37,566 bases of DNA from positions 1 through 37,566 of the forward strand of contig CBDUZM010000001.1 of assembly GCA_965371685.1 (NCBI GenBank), given 5' to 3'. Below the pieces are notes generated by a model that saw only the letters and a list, made by a program, of their open reading frames with translations, did not search any database and was not told the DNA's origin. Numbering within the stretch: position 1 is the first letter of the stretch; the number at the start of each line of letters is the position of its first letter. Position numbers and translations under genes: made by a program. Source of the DNA: an uncultured Spirochaetaceae bacterium (GTDB lineage: Bacteria > Spirochaetota > Spirochaetia > SZUA-6 > CAZLRN01). Below are positions 25,336 through 31,427 of this stretch, piece after piece.

Positions 25336-25506
25336 ATGTTCAACTATTGTTTATGTGGCAGTGCGGCAGGATACCCGCACAAGAAATGGTGTCCATATCC
25401 CTTATATCAGGCAACGGAAAAAGAAACCGAGGAATGGCAAAAAGCTATGAAAAAGAAAAAGCTTGAGACGCCTACGCCGTTGCCAGAAATCGGATTGTTT
25501 GAATAA
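25336..25506 (+). CDS. Small Cys-containing hypothetical protein
   Basis: AAGGAGG SD precedes ATG 25336 (the ORF is open from 25273). Followed by a strong terminator. Confidence 0.5.
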   Translation: MFNYCLCGSAAGYPHKKWCPYPLYQATEKETEEWQKAMKKKKLETPTPLPEIGLFE

Positions 25507-25520
25507 GAGGAGATGGGAAA

Positions 25521-25559
25521 GGGCTCCGGAGATTTTCTGATCCGGGGCTCTTTTTTTTT
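25521..25559 (+). terminator. Intrinsic terminator (GC stem + T9)
   Basis: GGCTCCGGA...TCCGGGGCT stem followed by TTTTTTTTT at 25551-25559. Confidence 0.7.
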
Positions 25560-25930
25560 GCCTGGTCGGATGCGGCTTCTTGAGGAGGTAAAATCATACC
25601 ACCAACTCCGCCGGCGTGCGTTCTTGACCCCTCTACGTAGCTATTATCAATAGAAAAAGAGAAGCCCCCGGGGGATCCCCGTCATTGTGCCATAAATGTG
25701 TCACAATACATAAGAAAAGAATGGATATATCTGGAAATGGGAACCGGTTATTTAACTATATAGAGATAAGTTAGCACATAATTGGACATTATTGAAAACC
25801 GGCTTTGTATCGTCGTACGATTTTGTCATAAAAAAAGGGCTCAAAACCTGCTTATATCGCTTCTCCTTTCTCTGTAAGCAATTAAAGATTCTATTTAACT
25901 TATTTAAGACTTTATATATGAGAAAAAAAC

Positions 25931-25960
25931 TTGCAATGTGCCACGAATGTGCTATATAAT
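25931..25960 (+). promoter_or_regulatory. Integrase promoter TTGCAA-18-TATAAT, giving a (near-)leaderless int mRNA
   Basis: -35 at 25931-25936 and -10 at 25955-25960. The int ATG is at 25972 with no SD. The spacer holds two AATGTGC half-sites 11 bp apart. Confidence 0.55.
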
Positions 25961-25971
25961 TAAGACACATT

Positions 25972-27081
25972 ATGCCGCGGCCTTATCTTCTGAAAAAACG
26001 TGGGAAATACTGGCACTATCGGCTCGCCGGAGAGGTCACTTTCCATACCACCGGATGCAAGAGCAAGGAGGCGGCCCACGTCTTTGCCGTCGAGGCCATT
26101 AAGAACAAGAACCCGGGACCGGAAATCCTTCTGGCCGAATTTTCCCTGGGATTCTTCGCCCAGGACGGACCCTGGGTGGCCGCCCGAAAGGCCAGGGACC
26201 GACCCTTTTCCCCGCCAATGACCCGGATTAGAACCGCTCATATGAAAAACTACATCCTCCCGACCTTCGGCCGGCAATCCCTCTCCCGGATCAAGGCCCA
26301 TGAGGTCGATGACTGGATCCTCGGCCTACCCCTGGCGAACGGCACCAAGAACGCCATACTCGACTCCTTCCGCCTAATTCTCAAAGAGGCGCAGCGCCGG
26401 AAGATCATCGATCGGAACGTCATCGAGGACATCGAGCGAATGGCAAATAAATACGTTCTCACCGATGTGTTTACCCTGGAGGAATTGGGAAAGCTCTTTC
26501 CACAGGATCGCTCCGAGCTGATCGGGGTCTGGGGACATGTGAAATGGGCGAGCATGCACTATCTGATGCTTACCGCAGGACTCCGGGTCGGGGAGGCGGC
26601 GGCGCTTCTCTGGCGCCACGTGGTCTGGGATCTCGGGGGCCTCCTGGTTCTCCAGGCTGTCAAAGGAGACGAAACCATTGGGCCGCCAAAGAGCGGGGAG
26701 GAGAGGAGCGTGATCCTGCCCGACCGCTCGATTGAGATGCTCAGGGCCTGGCAGGAAGAGACTCCGTATCCGGATCCGGAGCATTATATCTTCTTCAGTC
26801 TATCCGGAGAGGAGTATTTCAGAAGCTCCAGCGTCAGCCGGAAGATGCCCGAAGCCCTCCGCAGGTCCGGGATCGATCCGGCCGGCCGCCGGCTGCGGAC
26901 TCATTCCCTCCGCCATACCTACAATACCCGGCTGGAGAAGGTGCTGCCGGCGGAGATCCTCCGCTACATGATGGGCCATAAGACCGACGTAATGACACGG
27001 CGCTACCTCCATGTCACACCGGAGGAAAGGCTGCAGGAATATCTGCCGGTAAAAAAACAGATCGAGCAGGCCTGGGATTAA
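25972..27081 (+). CDS. int: Tyrosine recombinase / phage integrase
   Basis: C-terminal catalytic pattern ...GLRVGEAAAL... HSLRHTYNT ... MGHKTDVMTRRYLHV (R, H-x-x-R, Y). Confidence 0.9.
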   Translation: MPRPYLLKKRGKYWHYRLAGEVTFHTTGCKSKEAAHVFAVEAIKNKNPGPEILLAEFSLGFFAQDGPWVAARKARDRPFSPPMTRIRTAHMKNYILPTFGRQSLSRIKAHEVDDWILGLPLANGTKNAILDSFRLILKEAQRRKIIDRNVIEDIERMANKYVLTDVFTLEELGKLFPQDRSELIGVWGHVKWASMHYLMLTAGLRVGEAAALLWRHVVWDLGGLLVLQAVKGDETIGPPKSGEERSVILPDRSIEMLRAWQEETPYPDPEHYIFFSLSGEEYFRSSSVSRKMPEALRRSGIDPAGRRLRTHSLRHTYNTRLEKVLPAEILRYMMGHKTDVMTRRYLHVTPEERLQEYLPVKKQIEQAWD

Positions 27082-27314
27082 TCTTTTAATCCCATTTTAG
27101 GAATTCGAGACATGAAATCCTTCTCTTTTTTATCTGGCTTTGTAGATAGAATAGCTTCGCGGACTGCATTTTCTATGTGATCCATCGATTTCATTATTCC
27201 CCATTGGACGCCGATTCGAATGATCCAGGCAATTATTACGACGGAAAAAAGAAATATAATTACCCCTAAAGCAATAAATACGCCTATGCCCAAGACCCCT
27301 ATTAAATAATCCAT
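27078..27314 (-). CDS. Small membrane protein in the lysogeny (minus-strand) operon; candidate superinfection-exclusion factor or moron
   Basis: AGGAGGGA SD upstream on the minus strand. The N-terminal 40 aa are hydrophobic (LIGVLGIGVFIALGVIIFLFSVVIIAWII). Confidence 0.65.
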   Translation of the reverse strand: MDYLIGVLGIGVFIALGVIIFLFSVVIIAWIIRIGVQWGIMKSMDHIENAVREAILSTKPDKKEKDFMSRIPKMGLKD

Positions 27315-27456
27315 TAATTATTCCCTCCTAAACTGCAATATTGTCCTATATTCCAACTTCTCAAAACAGCCCTATCTATCAGGTTTTTTTACCCCCAAAG
27401 TCAGGGAATCCCTTACCTGTTTTTTTCTTTTATGTGATATCTTTTCCTATAGCTAA

Positions 27457-27678
27457 TCAATCCTTTGTACCAGGCTGGCCGCTTGCTTTTCCCGGCAGGC
27501 CAGCCTGGTACTTTTCTGCAATTGTTACCCTATTATTTTTCTCTAAATATCCATTTCTAAAAAGAATATCCTCAATCATCCATGCAATCTGTTCTTTCAT
27601 AGAGCGATGCTGGCTTTTGCTATATTGCTTAAAAAGATTAAGAATCTTTTCTTCGATATCTGTTCCAATGCGGGCCAT
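27457..27678 (-). CDS. Ribbon-helix-helix (Arc/CopG-like) repressor candidate
   Basis: MARIGTDIEEKILNLFKQYSKSQHRSMKEQIAWMIEDIL fits strand-helix-helix. Divergent from the early operon and leaderless. Confidence 0.65.
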   Translation of the reverse strand: MARIGTDIEEKILNLFKQYSKSQHRSMKEQIAWMIEDILFRNGYLEKNNRVTIAEKYQAGLPGKASGQPGTKD

Positions 27679-27685
27679 AATTTAA

Positions 27686-27713
27686 ATAATATCCATTTTT
27701 AACATATTTTCAA
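27686..27713 (-). promoter_or_regulatory. Minus-strand promoter TTGAAA-(17/18)-TATTAT for the RHH repressor (leaderless)
   Basis: On the minus strand the -35 is at 27713-27708 and the -10 at 27691-27686. The ATG begins 7 nt after the -10. Confidence 0.45.
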
Positions 27714-27734
27714 CTATTATTTTCTATAAAAGTA

Positions 27735-27763
27735 TTGACAAAACGTCATAGCTATGCTAAATT
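27735..27763 (+). promoter_or_regulatory. Early promoter TTGACA-17-(TGc)TAAATT with palindrome CATAGCTATG in the spacer
   Basis: -35 at 27735-27740 and -10 at 27758-27763. The 10-bp perfect palindrome is at 27747-27756. ATG 27772 lies 8 nt after the -10 (leaderless). Confidence 0.55.
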
Positions 27764-27771
27764 AAAGTCAT

Positions 27772-27960
27772 ATGAAAGCTACAATAGCTCCTAAACGACG
27801 TAAATATTCTATTGGCGTGCTATTGACCGAAGAAGAATGGGACCGCATCAATCGCTTTATCGATCGAACTGGACTCAAGAAGCAATTTTTCTTTCATGAG
27901 GCTATCTTGAAAGAGCTCGAATGCCAGGATCCCCATGAAGAGATCAAGGCGAATGAGTAA
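27772..27960 (+). CDS. Cro-like small RHH DNA-binding protein
   Basis: KYSIGVLLTEEEWDRINRFIDRTGLKKQFFFHEAILKEL fits strand-helix-helix. It is the first gene of the rightward early operon. Confidence 0.55.
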   Translation: MKATIAPKRRKYSIGVLLTEEEWDRINRFIDRTGLKKQFFFHEAILKELECQDPHEEIKANE

Positions 27961-28330
27961 GCATACACCTGGTCCGTGGAAATGGACATTATCTGGTGAT
28001 CCGAGAGATATGTATCAACTTGAAGGCAATATCAAATATGCGGATATGAATCCCATTTTGGTGGCATATGATTGTGGCTGCCAGGCAGATAAAGAAACAG
28101 ACCGATGCCCTATTGGGCCCGATCCCGCAGACATGAAGATAATTGCGGCTGTTCCGGATCTGCTCGCAGCATGTAAGGCAGCTTTGGAAATGTGTTCATT
28201 CCCGATTGGGACAGCGTGGGTCAAAGAGCAGCTTCAGAACGCTATTTCCAAGGCTCAAGATTTACCAAAATTCAAAGACATAATTGGTTTATATGCTGAT
28301 GACAAGAATGAGGAAAGCCAGGAGAGTTAG
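27953..28330 (+). CDS. Hypothetical protein (HTPGPW ... AAVPDLLAACKAAL type)
   Basis: The ATG 27953 overlaps the upstream stop (ATGAGTAA). Alternative ATG at 27935. Confidence 0.55.
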   Translation: MSKHTPGPWKWTLSGDPRDMYQLEGNIKYADMNPILVAYDCGCQADKETDRCPIGPDPADMKIIAAVPDLLAACKAALEMCSFPIGTAWVKEQLQNAISKAQDLPKFKDIIGLYADDKNEESQES

Positions 28331-28332
28331 GA

Positions 28333-28542
28333 GTGAAGCTCTATAAGAAACCGGAAGCGGCGGAATATCTATGTATCGGTATTTCCTCGCTCAACGTGCT
28401 AATGGCCCGGGAGCTTATTTCTTATTACAAGAATCCGGGAAGCCGGGGACGCGTGGTTTTCTCCGAAGAACATCTCGACCAATATCTGAAAAGCATCAAG
28501 GTAGAGACGATGGGAGAAAAATCTATCGGTTCCAGGCAATAA
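28333..28542 (+). CDS. Excisionase / AlpA-MerR-like HTH DNA-binding protein
   Basis: LYKKPEAAEYLCIGISSLNVLMARELISYYK fits the HTH_17 pattern. GTG start 6 nt after GGAGAG. Confidence 0.6.
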   Translation: MKLYKKPEAAEYLCIGISSLNVLMARELISYYKNPGSRGRVVFSEEHLDQYLKSIKVETMGEKSIGSRQ

Positions 28543-28553
28543 GACAATACGAA

Positions 28554-28928
28554 ATGGGAGGATCCAAAAGAAAAATGAAGCAGATCTGCTGCGAATGTAA
28601 GAAGATATATGGAGAGAAGCCCGGCGAAGGCTACACTCACGGTTACTGCCCGGAATGCGAGGATACGGTCCGCGAGAACCTGGGCCTGGCGCCGCGTAAA
28701 ACGGAAAAGAACAGGCTTGAATCGACTCTGCTCGAGGTGGCTGTGGATCGTAGAGACGAGGCGATCAATATACTCGACCAGCTGGCCAGCACATTACCGC
28801 GATCAACTATAGCTGGCCGTTCGCTTGTAAGATCAAAGGCCGAGGCACGGAAAGCCCAGTGTTTTATCAAGATGGACTGGATGGATCTGCGGATCCATAG
28901 CCAGGGAAATGCCGGGAAACCGGCATGA
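28554..28928 (+). CDS. Zn-ribbon protein (CxxC...CxxC)
   Basis: ICCECKKIYGEKPGEGYTHGYCPECED. The start is either ATG 28554 or ATG 28575. Confidence 0.5.
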   Translation: MGGSKRKMKQICCECKKIYGEKPGEGYTHGYCPECEDTVRENLGLAPRKTEKNRLESTLLEVAVDRRDEAINILDQLASTLPRSTIAGRSLVRSKAEARKAQCFIKMDWMDLRIHSQGNAGKPA

Positions 28929-28939
28929 AGGAGAGAGAT

Positions 28940-29137
28940 ATGTCAGAAAAAAAACCTGATTCGGATAGCCTGACTACTATCAGACGATTACCGCATATTC
29001 ATATACATATCCATTTCGACAACGGAGATAACGACCCGATGAGTCGGGAGCAGATCGGGAAAGATATTCCCGATGCGCTCGAGCGTTATCCGGGAATAGG
29101 CGGATCTATCAAACATAAAGAAGAAATTATTTCATAA
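28940..29137 (+). CDS. Small protein paralogous to the C-terminal ~55 aa of the tape measure protein
   Basis: AAGGAG lies 6 nt before ATG 28940. TTIRRLPHIHIHIHFDNGDNDPMSREQIGKDIPDALERYPGIGGSIKHKEEI aligns with the TMP tail TTIQRQPDIYIYVNFNDAVIGPMGWEQAGADIADALERHAGIGGIIHIEEAI. Confidence 0.55.
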   Translation: MSEKKPDSDSLTTIRRLPHIHIHIHFDNGDNDPMSREQIGKDIPDALERYPGIGGSIKHKEEIIS

Positions 29138-29193
29138 TGTATTTAAGCATAGAATCAGCAAAGCCATATACGGCCCTTCCTGAGTCTTTATTC

Positions 29194-29230
29194 CCCTCCC
29201 AGAAAAAAGAACTTTTGGGAGGGCCTTTTT
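29194..29230 (+). terminator. Terminator-like hairpin CCCTCCCA/TGGGAGGG (14-nt loop) + CCTTTTT
   Basis: 8-bp perfect stem at 29194-29201/29216-29223, then a T5 run. Confidence 0.45.
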
Positions 29231-29251
29231 AATGAGAAGTGGGAGCTTTCG

Positions 29252-29455
29252 ATGACGCAATGTCCCTGGTGCAAAAAATATAAGAAAGGCGACAACTGCA
29301 TAAGCTGCTACAGAACCGTGAGGCAGCGTTATAAAAAACTGATGGAGGATCTGAAATTCATCTCCAGGAGTACTGCATATTACCGCGTTCAAGAAGAGCT
29401 TGTCTTAAGGTTAAACCAGGAGCCGGATATCCATGACCTTGATATCGGTTCATGA
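29252..29455 (+). CDS. Small Zn-finger-like protein (CPWC...CISC)
   Basis: MTQCPWCKKYKKGDNCISCY. Confidence 0.5.
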   Translation: MTQCPWCKKYKKGDNCISCYRTVRQRYKKLMEDLKFISRSTAYYRVQEELVLRLNQEPDIHDLDIGS

Positions 29456-29672
29456 CAGCGATGGATGCAAGGGACGCTGCGACGAAAAATGCTACGAAGC
29501 AAAAAAGAAAAGATGCTCCTGCTGCTGCGGGGGCTTAAATCATGGAAGAGGCCTGCAGGAGGCGAAGGATCTGACCTCCCAATATGCGAAAACCATCGTT
29601 CAGGCGTGGGATATAAAGCATCCGGGAGAGAAGATGCGGATTAAACCTATCCAGCCGGAGCTCTTTGCATGA
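29433..29672 (+). CDS. Cys-rich small protein (CKGRCDEKCYEAKKKRCSCCCGGLNHG)
   Basis: A conserved-looking Cys cluster of a type seen in many phage early regions. Confidence 0.55.
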   Translation: MTLISVHDSDGCKGRCDEKCYEAKKKRCSCCCGGLNHGRGLQEAKDLTSQYAKTIVQAWDIKHPGEKMRIKPIQPELFA

Positions 29673-29688
29673 GAAGGAGATGAGAGAA

Positions 29689-29976
29689 ATGCTTGAAAAC
29701 AAACCTTACCCGGGAATCGTAACACTATTAAATTGGACCGCCATGCAGGACGGCGAAGAATACCGCTATGCATGGTGTAAGGATTGGAGGATTCAAACGG
29801 ATAAGCAAATGCCTGTTGAGGGATTCCGCTCATCAGAGCACTGGCAGCTCATCGCATATTATAACGATAAGCCGGTCATGCTGATTCCCGGCTGCCAGGT
29901 CAAAGCATTTGTGATTTGCGATGAAGATCCGGCGGTGAAACGAATTTTTTCTATCGATTTCTGGATGACGATCTAA
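29689..29976 (+). CDS. Hypothetical protein
   Basis: AAGGAG lies 9 nt before ATG 29689 (the ORF is open from 29665). Confidence 0.55.
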   Translation: MLENKPYPGIVTLLNWTAMQDGEEYRYAWCKDWRIQTDKQMPVEGFRSSEHWQLIAYYNDKPVMLIPGCQVKAFVICDEDPAVKRIFSIDFWMTI

Positions 29977-29983
29977 TGATTTT

Positions 29984-30053
29984 GCAGCGGGGAGTCAGCC
30001 ATCGGCTCGTGCTGTTTGACCTTCCATTTTACAGCACAAACCCGCTGCTTTTA
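29984..30053 (+). ncRNA. Branched stem-loop element (outer stem GCAGCGGG/CCCGCTGC, two inner hairpins) followed by TTTTA; terminator or part of a larger structured RNA
   Basis: Outer stem at 29984-29991/30041-30048. Inner hairpins are AGCC-ATC-GGCT and GTGCTGT-N15-ACAGCAC. Confidence 0.4.
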
Positions 30054-30054
30054 T

Positions 30055-30126
30055 GGGGACGTGGTGTAATTGGTAACATGGTATGCCTGGCCAGGCCCGA
30101 TGCAGGTTCGAATCCTGCCGTCCCCC
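30055..30126 (+). ncRNA. tRNA-like element 1: canonical acceptor, D and T arms but no foldable anticodon arm (possible pseudo-tRNA)
   Basis: GGGGACG/CGTCCCC acceptor, GTGT-AATTGGTA-ACAT D arm, GCAGG-TTCGAAT-CCTGC T arm. The 12-nt palindrome GCCTGGCCAGGC (30085-30096) sits where the anticodon arm should be. I tested 6- to 9-nt loop registers by hand and none gave a 5-bp stem (7-nt: every window; 6/8/9-nt: most windows). Confidence 0.5.
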
Positions 30127-30276
30127 ATAGACGAATCACGAGCCTAAGAGAGGTTGGCCCAACCGATGCAGGCTCGGTCAAGGTTGGGACTGTTCGATAT
30201 CGCAGTCAAGACGAGGCGAACGCCGGTCAACGGAAGATATGAAGGCGTGACTTGCCGGGGGAGAGAACCGGCACAT

Positions 30277-30357
30277 GGGGATGTGGTGAAATTGACAATA
30301 TGTCAAGAGAGGAATGATCCAGCCGCAAGGTCGCAGGTTCAAATCCTGCCGTCCCCC
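30277..30357 (+). ncRNA. tRNA-like element 2: paralogue of element 1 with a 49-nt non-canonical core
   Basis: GGGGATG/CGTCCCC acceptor and GCAGG-TTCAAAT-CCTGC T arm. The core folds as TTGAC-AATAT-GTCAA, GGA-ATGA-TCC and GCC-GCAA-GGT rather than as D and anticodon arms. Confidence 0.45.
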
Positions 30358-30454
30358 AAACCGGAAGTGATGGGTCATCGGTTGATCGATGTTATCGTCC
30401 GGTAGGGCGACACCTGCCTAGTGGTGCTGACTGCCGGGGAGAGTACCGGCGCAT

Positions 30455-30526
30455 GGCTCTGTGGCTTAATGGTTGAGCAGCGGTCTGTTAAACCGCCAGA
30501 CGCAGGTTCAATTCCTGCCGGAGCCT
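30455..30526 (+). tRNA. tRNA-Asn (anticodon GTT)
   Basis: Acceptor GGCTCTG/CGGAGCC, D arm GCTT-AATGGTT-GAGC, anticodon arm GCGGT-CTGTTAA-ACCGC, variable loop CAGAC, T arm GCAGG-TTCAATT-CCTGC. CCA is not encoded. Confidence 0.9.
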
Positions 30527-30539
30527 ATAGGAGAGAATC

Positions 30540-30920
30540 ATGAACTGGATAGCCTTTATCTTCGCACTTGAAATCGGCTTTTTGCCTCAGGGTGATCTTA
30601 TCATGTATGAAGAGCTCAAGCTGGTTCCTGTGCAATATTCCGTTTACACCGACCTGCAGGCCGAGATTGAGATTGCGGGTTTTTTCTTCATCGGGGGCGG
30701 GGTATGGACTGGCGCCTGGTACCATGGTGGATACACCTTCTGGCCGCATCGTAGCATATACAGCTTTCGCACAGGGCTGCGCTGGAAGGGAATTGAAGCC
30801 GGCTGGCGGCATAATTGCTTTCATGCCCAGACGCCTTTTTTTGGATTCGGTGTCTTGGATTATCGGGCGATATGGGAAGGCGCATACGATGAGCTCTATT
30901 TGAGAATAAGCAATAGATGA
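30540..30920 (+). CDS. Hypothetical aromatic/Gly-rich, beta-strand-like protein
   Basis: AGGAGAG SD directly after the tRNA. Alternating hydrophobic pattern (YSVYTDLQAEIEIAGFFFIGGGVWTGAWY). No clear signal peptide. Confidence 0.5.
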   Translation: MNWIAFIFALEIGFLPQGDLIMYEELKLVPVQYSVYTDLQAEIEIAGFFFIGGGVWTGAWYHGGYTFWPHRSIYSFRTGLRWKGIEAGWRHNCFHAQTPFFGFGVLDYRAIWEGAYDELYLRISNR

Positions 30921-31390
30921 GAGGAAGATCTATGACCCGGTATGCAGAGAAAACAGAGGTTTCTACTGAACGCTCGAAGACGGAGATCGAAAGGATCCTG
31001 ACGCGCTACGGCGCCGGGCAGTTCGCTTATGGAACAGGACCTATACGCGCAATGGTAGGATTCGCTCTCGATCGCTGGTATGTCCGATTCATTCTACCGC
31101 TGCCGGATCCGAAGGGAGAGGAGTTCCGGAGAACGCCGACCGGCCGGATCCGCACGAAGGACGCGGCAGCCAAGGAATACGATCAGGAGATCCGCCGGCT
31201 CTGGAGGGCCCTGGCCCTGACGATCAAAAGCAAACTAGAGACGGTGCAGTCCGGGATCCTCACCTTCGAAGAGGAGTTCATGGCGAACATCGTGCTGTCA
31301 GACGGCCAGACGATCAGCCAGCATGTGCTGCCCCGGATTGACGATTACGAAATGAAGAAGATCCCGGAGCTCCTTCCGCTCCTGGAATAA
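30917..31390 (+). CDS. Conserved-looking hypothetical phage protein
   Basis: ATGA overlap with the previous ORF, with an alternative ATG at 30932 after GAGGAAG. No motif I can name. Confidence 0.55.
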   Translation: MRGRSMTRYAEKTEVSTERSKTEIERILTRYGAGQFAYGTGPIRAMVGFALDRWYVRFILPLPDPKGEEFRRTPTGRIRTKDAAAKEYDQEIRRLWRALALTIKSKLETVQSGILTFEEEFMANIVLSDGQTISQHVLPRIDDYEMKKIPELLPLLE

Positions 31391-31427
31391 ATCAATTTTG
31401 GCGCTGACACCAAAAAGGAGAAAAGTC

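Noticed and set aside
25752-25970. Minus-strand 72-aa ORF in the int upstream region
   Set aside because: It lies in an AT-rich non-coding stretch, has no SD and a low-complexity product, and would run through the int promoter.
29976-30405. ORFs 29976..30242 (+), 30154..30405 (+) and 30178..30378 (-)
   Set aside because: They lie over the tRNA-like elements and hairpins, lack SD sequences, and have odd composition. They are judged non-coding.
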